In this document: positions 11,916 to 24,690 of the stretch, piece after piece
How the letters are laid out: the number at the start of each line of letters is the position of its first letter
How positions within the stretch are numbered: position 1 is the stretch's first letter
Assembly: GCF_009914755.1 (NCBI RefSeq)
Contig: NC_060926.1
Direction: 5' to 3' (one strand)
DNA: 64,000 nt
From: the human T2T-CHM13v2.0 reference genome, Homo sapiens
Program-made: the position numbers and the translations under genes
The notes under the pieces: model-generated
Database searches by the model: none
Told to the model about the DNA's origin: nothing
The model's input: only the letters and a program-made list of their open reading frames with translations

Positions 11916-13385
11916 TTGGAACAGTTTGAGAATTTGTATTAATTCTACTTTAAAGTTTTGCTAGAATTCAGCAATGAAGTCATTTGGTCCTGAACTTTGT
12001 TTGTTGGGGGATGTTTTATTACTGATTCAATCTCCTTATCTGGTATTGGTTTGTTTAGGTTTTCTATTTCTTCTTTTTTCAATCTTGGTAGGTTTCATGT
12101 GTGCAGGAATTTATTCACATCCTCTAGGTTTTCTTAATTTATTGGCATATACTTGTTCTACTAGTTTCAAGTGATTTTTTGTATTTCTGTGGTATCTGTT
12201 GTGATGTCTCCTTTTTCATCACTGATTGTATTTATTTGGATCTTTTCTCATTTTTCTTAGTCTAGCTAATGGTTTATTGGTTTTGTTTATCTTTTCAGAA
12301 AACCATCTTTTTGCTTTATTGATCTTTTGTATTTTTTAATCTCAATTTTCTTCCCTTCTACTAATTTTGTGTTTTGTTTGTTGTTGCTTTTCTAGCTTCT
12401 TAAGATGCTTTGCTAAGTTGTTTATTTAAAATATTTCTAGTTTTTTTAATGTAGACAATTATTGCTGTAAACTTGCCTCTTAGTGCTGCTTTTGCTGCGT
12501 TCCATAGGTTTTAGTATGTTGTGTTTCTATTTTTATTTGTTTCAGGATATTTTTTAAATTTTATTCATAATTTCTTTATTCACCTATTGGTCATTTAGGA
12601 ACATGTTTGATTTTAATGCATTTGTATAATTTCTTTTTTTCTTTTTTATTTGTTTGAGACAGACTCTCTCTCTTGTTGCCCAGGCTGGAGTGCAGTGGCA
12701 TGATCTCAGCTCACTGAAATCTCTGCCTGCTGGATTCAAGTGATTCTCCTGCCTTAGCCTCCTGAGTAGTTGGGATTACATGTGCCTGCTACCACACCTA
12801 GCTAATTTTTTTGTATTTTTAGTTGAGACGGGGTTTCACCATGTTTGCCAGACTAGTCTTGAACCCCTGACTTCAGGTGACCTGCCTGCCTCAGCCTCCC
12901 AAAGTGCTGGAATTATAGGCATGAGCCACCACACCTGACCTTGTATAGTTTCTAATGTTCCACTTGCTCTTGATTTCTAGGTTTATTCCATGTGTTCAGA
13001 TAAGATGCTTGATATTACTTCAATATTTTTAAAGTTTTTCAGGCTTGTTTTGTGTCCTAACATATAGTCAATGCTGGAGAATGTTCCACAAGCTGATGAA
13101 AAGTATGTGTATTCTGCAGCTGTTGGACAAAATGTTCTGTTAATGTCTGTTAAGTTCATTTGGGCTATAGTGCAGTTAAAATGAAATATTTCTTTGTTGA
13201 TTTTCTGTACAGATGATCTGTCCAATGCTGAGACTCAGACGTTGAAGTCCCCAACTATTATTGTATTGTGGTCTGCCTCTCCCTTTAGATTAAATAACAT
13301 TTGCTTTATATATCTCGGTGCTCCAGTGTTGGGTTAAGCTGTGTTTACAATTGTTATGCTCTCTTGCTGAGTTGATTGTTTTATT
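11916..13385 (-). mobile_element. Inverted 5' segment of an L1MA element (ORF2 endonuclease region antisense)
   Basis: The minus ORF 12983..13225 (MDRSSVQKINKE...TAAEYTYFSSACGTFSSIDYMLGHKTSL) is the L1 endonuclease domain. Confidence 0.85.
12635..12940 (-). mobile_element. AluS (AluSx-like)
   Basis: Full antisense dimer. The TSD is ttgtataatttct (12622-12634) / ttgtatagtttct (12941-12953). Confidence 0.93.
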
Positions 13386-13400
13386 ACAATTAGAATGTGC

Positions 13401-16095
13401 TTCTAAAAAACTGAGGTGAGGGTAACTCTCTCTAACTTATTCTATGAGGACAGCATAATCCTGATAACAAAACCAGACAAGGACACAACAACAATAACAA
13501 AAAACACAGTTCAATATCCCTTATGAACACAGATGCAAAAATCCTTAACAAAATACTAGTAAACCAAATCCAACAATGCATTGAAAAGATAATATAGCAT
13601 GATCAAGTAGAATTTATCCAAGGAATTCAAGGATGGTTTAACATATATGCAAATCAATAAAAATGATACATCATATCAATAGAATGAGGAACAAAAAATA
13701 TATTATCTTAATAGATGCATAAAAAGCATTCAATTAACTTTAACATCTCTTCATGATAAAAGCTCTCAATAAATTGATTATAGAAGGAAAGTACCTCAAC
13801 ACAACATAAGCCATATATGACAAACCAACAGCTAACATCATACTGAATGAGGAAAAGCTGAAACAATTTTCTCTAAGAACTGGAACAAGATAAGTATGCC
13901 TACTCTCATCACTCTTATTCAATATAGTACTAGAAATCCTAATTAAATCTTAATCCTAATTAAGAAAAAGAAAGAAAGAAAGGGCTTATAAATTAGGAAG
14001 TAGGAAGTCAAATTGACCCTGTTTGCAGATGATGTGATCTCATATACAGAAAAATCGAAAGACTGTACCAAAAAAAAAAAACCCCTCTTAAAGCTGATAA
14101 GCAAATTCAGTAAAGTCGCAGTATACAAAATCAACCTACAAAAATCAGTAGCATTTCTATATATAAACAACAAACTACCTGAGGGAAGAAATCAACACAG
14201 AAATCCCATTTATGATAGTGACACAAAATAAAATAAAATACCTAGGAATAAATTTAACCAAAGCAGTGAAATACCACTACAAGGAAACTACAAAATGCAA
14301 ATAAAAGAATTAAAGAGGATACAAACAAATGGAAAGACATCTCACACCCATGAATCAGAAGAATTTATATTGTTAAAATAACAATACTACCCAAAGAAAT
14401 CTACTGATTCAATGCAATGCTTATCAAAATATCAATGACATTCTTCATAGAAATAGAAAAAAAAGGGTTTAATTTATATGGAACTATGAAAGACCCTGAA
14501 TAGCCAAAGCAATCCTGAGCAAAAAGAATAAAGCTAGAGGCATCACACTATTTTTCAAAATATAGATTTCAAAATATACTACAAAGCTATAGTCACCAAA
14601 ACAGCATGATACTGGCATAAAAACATTCATAGATGAATGGAACAGAATGGAGAACCCATAAATTAACCCATATATGTACAGCTAACTGATTTTTGACAAA
14701 AGCACCAAGAACACTCCTTGGGGAAAGGACAGCCTCTTTAAGAAATGATGCTGGGGAAACTGAATATCCATATACAGAAGAATGAAACTGGGCCCCCACT
14801 CCTCACTTTATACAAAAATTACCTCTAAATGGATCAAAGACATATGTGTAAGAACCAAAACTATAAAACCACTAGAAGAAACATAGGGAAAATGCTTGTG
14901 ACATTTGTCTGGGAAAGGACTTTATGAATAAGACCTCAAAAGCATAGGCAACAAAAGCAAAAATAAACAAAAAGGATTATATCAAACTAAAGACCTTTTG
15001 CCTACCAAAGGAAACAATCAACAGACTGAAAAGACACCCTACACGATGGGAGTAACCTACACTATTCACTTGACAGAGGTTTATATTCAGAATATACACA
15101 GGACTCAAACATCTCAGCAACAAACAAACAAACACTCTACTTTAAAAATAAGCAACAGATCAGAACAGACGTTTTTCAAAATAAGACATACAAATGGCTA
15201 AAAAATGTATGAAAATACGTTCAACATCACTAATCATAAGGGAAATGCAAATCAAAATGACAGTGAGGTATCATCTCACCCCAGTGAGGATGGCTGTTAT
15301 CAAAAAGACAAAAAAATGCTGGTTAATATTAGAAGAAAAGGGAACTCTATTTTACCATTGGTGGAAATGTAAACCATTACAACCACTATGGAGAACAGTA
15401 TGGAAGTTTCTCAAAAAACTACAAATAGAACCATCATATGATCTAGGAATCCCACTACTGGACATTTATCCAAAGGAAAGGAAATCAGTAAATTGAAGAG
15501 ACATCTGTGACCCCATGTTTATTTCAGAACTATTTACAATAGCCAAGTATGGGATCAACCTAGGTTTCTAACAATAAATAAATGGATAAAGAAAATGTGG
15601 TATATATACACAATGGAAAATTATTTCCTTATTAAGAAGAATAAAATCCTGTCATTCACAGTAGTATGGATAGAACTGGTGGACATTATGTTGAGTGAAA
15701 TAAGCTGGAAACAGAAAGTTAAACACCACATATTCTCAGTAAGATGTGGAAGCTAAAAAACAGTTGATCTCATAGAAGTGAAAACTAGAACAGAGGATAT
15801 TGGAGTCTGGGAAGGGTAAGGTGAAAGGAGAGATAGGAAGAGATTTGTTAAAGGACACAAAATTGCAGCTAATCAGGAAGAATAAGGTCTAGAGTTCTAT
15901 ACCACTACAGGATGACAATGGTTGACAATAAGATATTATATAGTTTCAAGTGTTCCCTACACAAAAAATGATAAACGTTTGAGATGATTGATATGCTAGT
16001 TACCCTGATCTGATCACTATGTATTGTATGTATGAAAACATCACTACATACTTCATAAATGTGTATAATTATTATGTCAGCTTACAAAATAATTC
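13401..16095 (+). mobile_element. L1MA (L1MA4/5-like) sense segment: RT region to 3' end
   Basis: ORF 14013..14231 contains LFADD (RT catalytic motif). The 3'UTR includes agttgatctcatagaagt and gatatgctagttaccctgatctgatcactat. Confidence 0.88.
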
Positions 16096-16530
16096 TACTT
16101 TTAAAAAGAACTTTAATGAAGCATGCTTTATGGCTTAGTTCAAGTCAATTTTCCTAAAAGTTCCATATGTACATAAAAAGCTTTCAATTATTCCAATATT
16201 CCATATATGTTCATTAGGTCAAGATTCTGATTCATGCTAAAATACTGTCTATCGTTACTTATATATTTTTGCCTGAACTCATATATTGAGAGAGCATGTC
16301 ATAACCTTCCTCTAACATAATGAATAAATTAATTTCTCCCTTGAAGACTATAAAGTTTTGTTTTATTTATTTTGAATATGTGTTCTTATGTACAAAGGAG
16401 TTAAGAATTATACCTTCCTAAGAAGTTGAACCATTTATTGCTAAGGATACATTTTGCCTTGAACTCATCTAGTTTTAATACAATTAAGTCTTATCTTTTT
16501 GTTTATGTTTGTCTTATATATAGTTCCATT

Positions 16531-18846
16531 TGATATGATTTGACAATGTGTCCCCACCGAAACCTCATCTTGCATTGTACTCCCGTAATTCTCATGTGTT
16601 GTGAGAGGGACCCGGTGGGAGATGGTTGGATCCTGGAGGCAGTTTTCCCCCATGCTGTTCTTGTGGTAAATAAGTCTCACAAGATCTGATGGTTTAATAA
16701 GGGAAACCTGTTTTGCTTGGCTTTCATTCTGTCTCTGTGCCTGCCACCATCCACATAAGATGTGACTTGCTCCTCCTTGCCTTCCACCTGATTATGAGGC
16801 TTCCCCAGCCATATGGAACTGTAATTCCAATTAAACCTCTTTCTTTTGTAAATTGCCCAGTCTCAGGTATGTCTCTATCAGAAGCATGAAAACAAATTAA
16901 CACAGTAAATTGGTACCAGTAGAGTGGGGCACTGCTGAAAAGATACCCCAAAATGTGGAAGTGACTTTGGAACTGGGTAACAGGCAGAGGTTGGAACAGT
17001 TTGAAGGGATCAGAAGAAGACAGGAAAATGTGGAAAAGTTTGGAACTCCTTAGAGACTTGTGGAATGGCTTTTACCAAAGTGCAGATAATGATATGGACA
17101 ATGAAATCTAGGCTGAGGTGGCCTCAGACGGAGATGAGGAACTTGTTGGGAACTGGAGAAAAGGTGACTCTTGTTATCTTTTAGCAAAGAGACTGGTGGC
17201 ATTTTGCCCCTGCCCTAGAGATTTTTGGAACTTTGAACTTAAGGAAGATGATTTAGCATATCTGCAAAAGAAATTTCTAAGCAGCAAAGCATTCAAGAAG
17301 TCACTTAGGTGCTGTTAAAGGCATTCAGTTTTATAAGGAAAGCAGAGCATAAAAGTTTGGAAAATTTGCGGCCTGACAATGAGATAGAAAAGAAAAACCC
17401 ATTTTCTGAGGAGAAATTCAAGCCAGCTTCAGAAATTTGCATAGGTAATGAGGAGCTGAATGTTAATCCCCAAGACAATGGAGAAAATGTTTCCAGGCCA
17501 TGACTGAGGTCTTCACAGCAGACCCTCCCCTCACAGGCCTTGAGATCTAGCATGGAAAAATGGTTTTGTGGGCCTGGCCCAGGCTCCCCATGCTGTGTGC
17601 ACCCTAGGGACTTGGTGCTCTGCATCCCAGCCTCTCTAGCCATGGATGAAAGGGGCCAATGTAGTGTTTGGGCCATGGCTTCAGAGAATACAAGCCCCAA
17701 GCCTTGGCAGCTTTTATGTGGTGTTGGGCCTACAAGTGCACAGAAGTCAAGAATTGGGGTTTGGGAACCTCTGCCTAGATTTCAGAAGATGTATGGAAAT
17801 GCCTGAATGCCCAGGCAGAAATTTGCTGCAGGGGTGGGGTGTTCATGGGGAATCTCTGCTAGGGCAGTGCAGAAGGAAAATGTGGGGTCAAAACCCCCAC
17901 ACAGTCCCTACTGGAGTACCACCTAGTGGAGCTGTGAGAAAAGGGCCACCATTCTCCAGACCCCAGAATGGTAGATCCACAAACAGTTTGCACCATGTGC
18001 CTGAAAAAGCCACAGCCACTCAATGCCAGCCCATGAAAGCAGCCAGGAGGGAGGCTATGCCCTACAAAGCCACAGAAAAGAGCTGCCCAAGACAGTGAGA
18101 ACCCACCACTTGCATCAGTGTGACCTGGATATGAGACTTGGAGTCAGAGAAGATCATTTTGGAGCTTCAAGATTTTACTGCCCTGCTGGAATTTGGACTT
18201 GCATGGGGCCTGTAGCCCCTTTGTTTTCACCACTTCCTCCCACTTGGAATGGCTGTATTCATCCAATTTCTGTACCCCCCATTGTTTCTAGGAAGTAACT
18301 AACTTGCTTTTGATTTTACAGGCTTATAGGTGGAAGGGACTTGCTTTGTCCCAGATGAGACTTGCAACTGTTGACTTTTGAAATGAGTTAAGATTTTGGG
18401 GGACTGTTGGGAAGGCATGATTGGTTATGAAATGTGAGGACATGAGATTTGGGAGGGGTCGGGGGAGAATTATATGGGTTGGCTCTGTGTCCCCCTCCAA
18501 ACCTCATCTTGATTTGTACCCCCATAATTCCATGTGTTGTGGGAGGGACCCAGAAGGAGATGGTTGGATCATGGAGGCAGTTTACCCCATGCTGTTCTTG
18601 TGGTAGTAAATAAGACTCATGAGATCTGATAGTTTGATAAGGGGAAATCCATTTCACTTGGCTTTCATTCTGTCTCTTTGCCTGCCACCATCCATGTAAG
18701 ATGTGACTTGCTCCTCCTTGCCTTCCACCATAATTGTGAGGCTTCCCCAACCACGTGAAACTGTAAGTCCAATTACACCTCTTTCTTTTGTAAATTTCCC
18801 AGTCTCAGGTATGTCTTTATCAGCAGAATGAAAACAAACTAACACA
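16531..18846 (+). mobile_element. Complete THE1 (THE1B-like) element: 5' LTR 16531-16904, internal region, 3' LTR 18470-18846
   Basis: Paired LTRs share private variants (gatggttggatc; ...taacaca ends). The TSD is ccatt (16526-16530) / acatt (18847-18851). Confidence 0.92.
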
Positions 18847-19219
18847 ACATTCTTTTACTTTTTTTATATCTTTATGTTTTAGGTGTGATGCTCATGAAAG
18901 CATATAGTCTCAATTTGTGTTTGTTTTCCTATCTGGCAAATTTTGCCTTTCAGTTGGAGAAATTATTCCATTTCAATTTATTTGGATTACTAATTTTTTA
19001 TTTGTGTGTCCTATCTTTTATGTGCTTATTATTTGTCGTATTTACTGAGGTTTCTGTTTGTTTCCTGTTTCTTTCCTTCTTATATTCTTTTGCATTTTTA
19101 AAATTTGTCCCTTTCCTGTTTTACTAGTTATTTTAAAACATTTAAATATGTACACTTAAAGATATACGTTACTATTTCCTCTACTTCTAAACAAGACAAG
19201 AACAATAGGAACACCTAGC

Positions 19220-19584
19220 TTTTTTGTTTTGTTTCCATTGGTTTTTGTTTGTTTCTTTGTTGTTCTTTTTTGGTGTTTTTTCGTTTTGGGAGAGAAGGTT
19301 TAGCTCTTCCCCTAGATTCCCCCAGGCTGGAGTACAGTGGCACTATCACGGCTATCTGCAGCCTCCACCTCCCAGGCTTAAGCAATCTTCCTTGCTCAGT
19401 CTCCTGAGTAGCTGGGACCACAGGTGTGCATCATCACAGGTGGCTATTTTTTTTTAATTTTTTTTGTAGAGATAGGGTCTCACTATGTTGCCTAAGCTCG
19501 TCTCAAACTCATGGGCTCAAGTAATCCTCCTTCCTCAGCCTCCCAAACTGCTAGGATCACAGGCGTGAGCTGCTGCACCTAGCC
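19220..19584 (-). mobile_element. AluJ with a long degenerate tail
   Basis: Antisense Alu with J-type diagnostics (gggtctcactatgttgcc, gggctcaagtaatcctcc). Confidence 0.88.
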
Positions 19585-19629
19585 AGAAGATCAATTTTGA
19601 TACACACTATGGTATCAATTGAATTTTTT

Positions 19630-20200
19630 ATATATTTGACTGTGGAGAAAATAATGGACTGAAAACCCTAGCGTTCTTACTTTGAAATCCATCACTGCAT
19701 GTGCAATGAGGTCATAATCAAGGGTGGTGAGGATACCGAGTCAGGTCTATTCTGGAAAATGCAGTCCTCCTCTGAAGGAGAAGGTTTGTCTCAAGAAGTC
19801 AGCATCAACCTTTTAATCTTTCTATAATTGCATGCTGTCTAAGTTTTTTCCATCCAACCTTCCCTCTCTTCTTTGCAAGTGTAAGACTGTCATCCAACTC
19901 TGATGGCTCTCCTGGCCTCCTCTAACTTCCCATTTTTCCTCACAGGTATTTCCCCTCATACATAACTTGCATGTCTAATCCTGTCTTGGAGTCTGATTCT
20001 CATAGACCTCAGCCTAACAAAAATGGCACCAGAAGTGGTCCAAGAAAACAAACAGTATAATAGAGATATAGGAACGGCTCATATACCACCAAGTGGGCAA
20101 AAAGAACAGTATCCTGACTGGTGGATGTGACACATTGTCCCTGAATCAAGATGGTAAAGAACTCTAGCTCAATATTTAGTAGATTCAGCAGTGAATTATC
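19630..20200 (+). mobile_element. LTR16-family LTR (ends about 20021) plus the start of the ERVL internal region
   Basis: The 3' end cacaggtatttcccc...ttgcatgtctaatcctgtcttggagtctgattctcatagacctcagcctaaca is followed by tggcaccagaagtggtcc. Confidence 0.65.
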
Positions 20201-20404
20201 TAACAAGTGGTCCTATACTGGCCTTACAACCAAATTCTAACAGCTTCATGTTTGCTTTCTTAATACTATTCCACTCTTTCTTTGTAATCCATTATTTTTT
20301 CTCTGTGACTTGCCTTGATAGTCTGCCATAATTCTCATTTTTTTTTCTAACACTGAGTACCCTATTTAGCTCTAGAAAATCTGTTCACAGACCCTGATGA
20401 TATG

Positions 20405-20530
20405 GTTTCCATTTACTGAGAAGCCTACCTACCATATGCCTGGTGTTATGTTATCTCGCTAATTCTCACAACTCTGCCAGTAGTTATTATTATCTCATCT
20501 AGAGCTGAGGCTCAGAAATATTCAGTGAAT
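20405..20530 (-). mobile_element. MIR
   Basis: aattctcacaactctg...ttattattatctcat...gctgaggctcaga core. Confidence 0.65.
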
Positions 20531-21290
20531 GGAGTGAGGCTATAGTTTTACCTATGTTCCCATTTGGCTATAGTTGTTTACATAAAAGATGAAGAGACTT
20601 CAGAGAGAAAGCTTGAATCCTGAATAATACAAACTTGTCCAAGATGTGTCCAACAGACTGAGATGCTGGTATTGACAGAAGCCAGTTGGAAGGGAAGATT
20701 ATAAAGCCCCTGAAAGAAAATTCATCAGAAGGAAAGAATGAATGTGTCACAGTGAACCTGACTTATAAACAATGCATAAAGGTCAGAAGGAAGAGGTAGA
20801 CCAAGGCTGAGCATGGCTGCTGTTCTTATCCAACCCAATCCTTTTGAAGACACTATGGAGGTGTGTGTGCTCTCTGGAGAGTAATAGAACCATAGATATT
20901 CATTGAAAGAGCTGTCACAATAATTGCTAAAAAAAAATTTAGGAACCAAGTAATCTTGCTGTGAGAATTCAACCCATTCTACTGCCCCCAGCCAAGCAGA
21001 GAATAAATAATATAGAAGAGAGAAGTAGTCATCTCATTTTTTGAAAAGCATGGGGAAGGAGGATGAAGATCCACAAGGAAGATGTAGGAGCAGCAGTGCA
21101 TTTCCATTAGCCTGCACCAACACATTGGCAGAGAAATGCATCTGGTGGCAGCAGCAGAACTGCGTCTCTCTTGGCAACAAGGATGCACTAGAGGCAGAAT
21201 TCCCACTCAACTTGCACCAGGCAGTAAAGGCTGAAGAAACGTTCGTCCATGTATTCATTTATTTATTCAACAAATATTTATTAAAGAGGT

Positions 21291-21645
21291 TGATATGGTT
21301 TGGCTATGTTCCCACCCAAATCTCATCTTGAATTTCCACATGTTGTGGGAGGGACCTGGTGGAAGGTAATTGAATCATGAGGGCAGGTCTTTCCTGAACT
21401 GTTCTTGTGATAGTGAATAAGTCTCATGACATCTGATGGTTTTATAAGGCAGAGTTTCCATGAACAAGCTCTCTCTTTGCCTGCTGCCATCCATGTAAGA
21501 TGTGACTTGCTCCTCTTTGCCTTCTGCCGTGATTGTGAGGCTTCCCCAGCCACATGGAATTGTAAGTCCAATAAACCCTTTTTCCTGTATAAATTACCCA
21601 GTCTCGGGTACGTCTTTATTAACTGCATGAAAACAGACTAATACA
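21291..21645 (+). mobile_element. THE1B solo LTR inserted in an L2 3' end
   Basis: tgatatggtttgg...gactaataca with a perfect TSD gaggt (21286-21290 / 21646-21650). It is preceded by the L2 tail ttcatttatttattcaacaaatatttatt. Confidence 0.95.
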
Positions 21646-22069
21646 GAGGTACTACATTAGATCCTTCTATTGGCTGGCAATGAGACAGCAGAGGTGTTGG
21701 GGCTACAGAAAATAGAGTGGGAAAAAAGGAGCTGTCTCACTAAACTCAGTAATACTTTGACCCTGCAAGTCCTATTATAAAATTGTACTTTACCAGGCTT
21801 TCTTCTTTCCAAAGGTTCCAGTCAAAGTCTTGATCCATTTATCTAACAAGTTGTCCTTTTCTTATTGATTTATTGAAGGATTTTTAAGGGATACTAATTT
21901 TTATTGATTATATGGATTAAAAATATCCTCTCCTCATCTGTTATTTGTCTTTTACATTTATTTATGGAACTGTGAGACATTCATTCTTCTGTGATCTGAC
22001 ACCACTTTATACATGCTTTTGTTATAAAGCCAACCTTGTTGCCCATAATGTCTTCCCTAAAAGTCTACG

Positions 22070-22930
22070 GAAGAAATGCTGGACTTGGAATAAGGATTTC
22101 TGGGTTACAGCAAAAGTTCTCTGACATCACTAGGACTGTGATTTTGGGTAAATTTCTTGAGATTAACATTAAACCCTACAACATCAGACCCTCTCCTAAG
22201 TTTCTTATATATTCTTTATAACTATCTGCCTGTTGTTTGGATAAAAAATAAGGAAAAATAATAATAATAAATAGTCTCAGAAAAATAAAGTTATTAACCA
22301 ATGATATGCAACTAGTTAATGACAGATTGGGAATCAAACTCAGGTATGATTCCAAAATTTATGCTGCTTTCTTCTCTTAATGTGTGCTTCAGGATTCTCA
22401 TGCGAAAAATTGCAAAAAAAAAAAAATGCTGAAGAGGAGGGAGGTTAAATGGAACTATAAGCCTTACATTACTTACTGCTCTGAAATTCCATGATTCAAA
22501 GCACCTATCAAAAACCAACAACCATGAGACACTTTGGAGAGGGACTACTGCTCTTTAAAGGCAGTGGGTTTACCCACTGGCTCCCCAGAGAAAAGCAATC
22601 ACCAGCAATGATAGAGCTACTAATGTCTTGATTTTTAAAACCATTCAACACTAATTTTGAACATGATTACCTCAAGAGCCAAAAATAAACTCTTTATTAC
22701 AAGTTTGTAATTGCACTATGAAAAGTACTTAATATATGGAAGCTATATTTTATTGAAAGTCTACTATGCACTAAGAATATTACAAAAATAATCCCCTTCA
22801 ATCTTGAAGAGAACATTATGAGATAGTTATTTTTACTCTCTATTTTACACATAAGTAAATCAAGGCAGAGAGAGATTACATGGTCCCACAAGGAACAACA
22901 CCCATGCCTATCTCCAAAACCCCAGCCAAC
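22070..22930. mobile_element. MIR fragments
   Basis: ctgtgattttgggtaaatttctt (about 22140), and tctattttacacataagtaaatcaaggcagagagagatta (about 22840). Confidence 0.55.
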
Positions 22931-24229
22931 TCAATGCAGTTGTGAACTTCCCATTGTTAGAAACCCACATCCACTGTAAAATCATTGCCAAGTGAGGTTT
23001 CCTTCTGGCAGCAATGTAGTCTTTCATGGAATTCTCATCGTTGAAGAACCTCATTGGAATTTCAGTACTTGAGGGCTCCTCTGAGCTAGCAAGTTTAAAT
23101 AAAGCATATCAGAGAGAGTTATAGGTCTTTCCTCAAAATGGAAAATGTATAAATAGATTGGCTAAATACTTGGGAAAAAATAGAAAATATTTGCTTATTG
23201 CCAACTTTTAAAAAGAACTTACGTTGAAATTTTAGGCTGAAACTTACCTGTTAACTAACTAAAAATCTCTTTTTTTTAAAAGATGGACTAGAAAATTTAT
23301 GTCTATTTCTCTGAATCTCACGTAATATGATTTTCTATGAAAAATAAAGTGTTGCGAGTTTCATCACATGGTGTAATTTCAGACTCCCTCATAAGGGACT
23401 TTTCTCTTCTATGGATTTGTAAGCTATTGAAATGAAGCGTGATTACAGAAAGTCTCATGGAAAACATGTTTCAGGAAATAAAGGTGAAGGGGATAACAAT
23501 GCATCAAGTTTGTTTGTAAACTTCAGAAAAGATTGTAATTAAGACTTCTAATAATGCTTTTTAAAATCAGTGTGCTTTTCAAGGCAGAAAGACCACAACT
23601 GTGATGTGACTGCTAGCATGTATTTTTTGTGCTGCCTCAAACGTATCCCTGTATTGGAAGGCTCACCTAGAGCAAGTGATCAAATAATACCATAGGTAAG
23701 TAAGACTGGCTTTCAACACCCTAAAGAATGAGATTTAGAGCAAAAAGTGTCACAACTGATTGCCTGTGTTTTAGGGCTTACTACTCAGGTGTACTGTATT
23801 TGGAACTGTATTTCTCTTTCGTTCTTCTATTTGGGAACTGTCAGAAAATCGTCCTGATTTTATCCCATGAGCCAGAGTCACAGAGCTTCTAAGCTTTTGA
23901 TCTCCTTTGACATTTGGTTTTGTGTGACTTTTTCTGATTCTGCTTTTTTAAAGAAAGGTCTGCTGTGGTTCTCCCAAATGCCAAAAGGGAAAACACTTAT
24001 AATGCTGTTGTATAACATTTACCTTCTAAATATCAAGTTTAGAGTATACACAAGGGCATAAAGTATCTTCCTACTGCATGCGCATGTGTGTGTTTCATAC
24101 TCTTTTAGAAAATGTCATAAGGAAGTTTTCATTGCATATTCAAGTATATTTCCTAAGAAAAAATTCTAAACATAGAAAAGTTGAGCTCTGAGCAGAATTC
24201 ATCTTCCTGAAATCAGATACCTTTCAAAA

Positions 24230-24690
24230 TAGAAAAGGACTAATCCTCAGAGTCATCATTGACTCCTCTCTCTCATGCTCAATATTCACTCAATCACAAA
24301 ATCAAATCATGTCCATTTTACCTCAGAAATTGTTTCTCTGTCTCTCTTGCTTGCTATGTGCATGTGCGTGTGTGTGTATGTCTCATCTTTCACTGAGACA
24401 GCCTCCTAACTAGTCTTCTAACCACCTGTTTCTCCAACTTTACATTACTAACAGAGTAATCTTAAAACTGATGACTTTATATTACTGACTGATAACAATT
24501 GTTATTTCTCTGTTGCCTATACAATAAAAAATACAAACTTCTAGCACAGTGTCTTGCAAAGTGTGATTCCCAGAATAACTATATCAGAACTTCTTTACTG
24601 AAAAAAAAATTTATATTCTTGGCACCAGTCCAGGCCAGCAAAATCAAACTCCTTGAGTCTGAGTCCTGTAATCTACATTTTAACCTTTTA
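24230..24690 (+). mobile_element. L2 fragment followed by a MER5A-like hAT fragment (24548-24690)
   Basis: gagtcatcattgactcctctctctc (L2), then cagtgtcttgcaaagtgtgattcccag...aatctacattttaac (MER5A). Confidence 0.55.

Larger units (their letters stand above)
11100..19215 (-). mobile_element. Old antisense L1M host (visible at about 11100-11915, 16100-16530 and 18852-19215) carrying nested L1MA and THE1B
   Basis: T-rich degenerate L1 antisense sequence resumes after each insertion, e.g. gctttatggcttagttcaagtcaattttcctaaaagttccatatgtac. Confidence 0.55.

Noticed and set aside
11940-16101. taattctacttt at 11940 and 16090 as a TSD of the inverted L1MA
   Set aside because: The first copy lies inside the L1 antisense arm, which starts at about 11916, so it cannot be the 5' TSD.
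21535-21556. PRDM9 hotspot motif in THE1B LTRs
   Set aside because: The copies read cttccccagccac, cttccccagccat or cttccccaaccac, not the CCTCCCTNNCCAC hot version.
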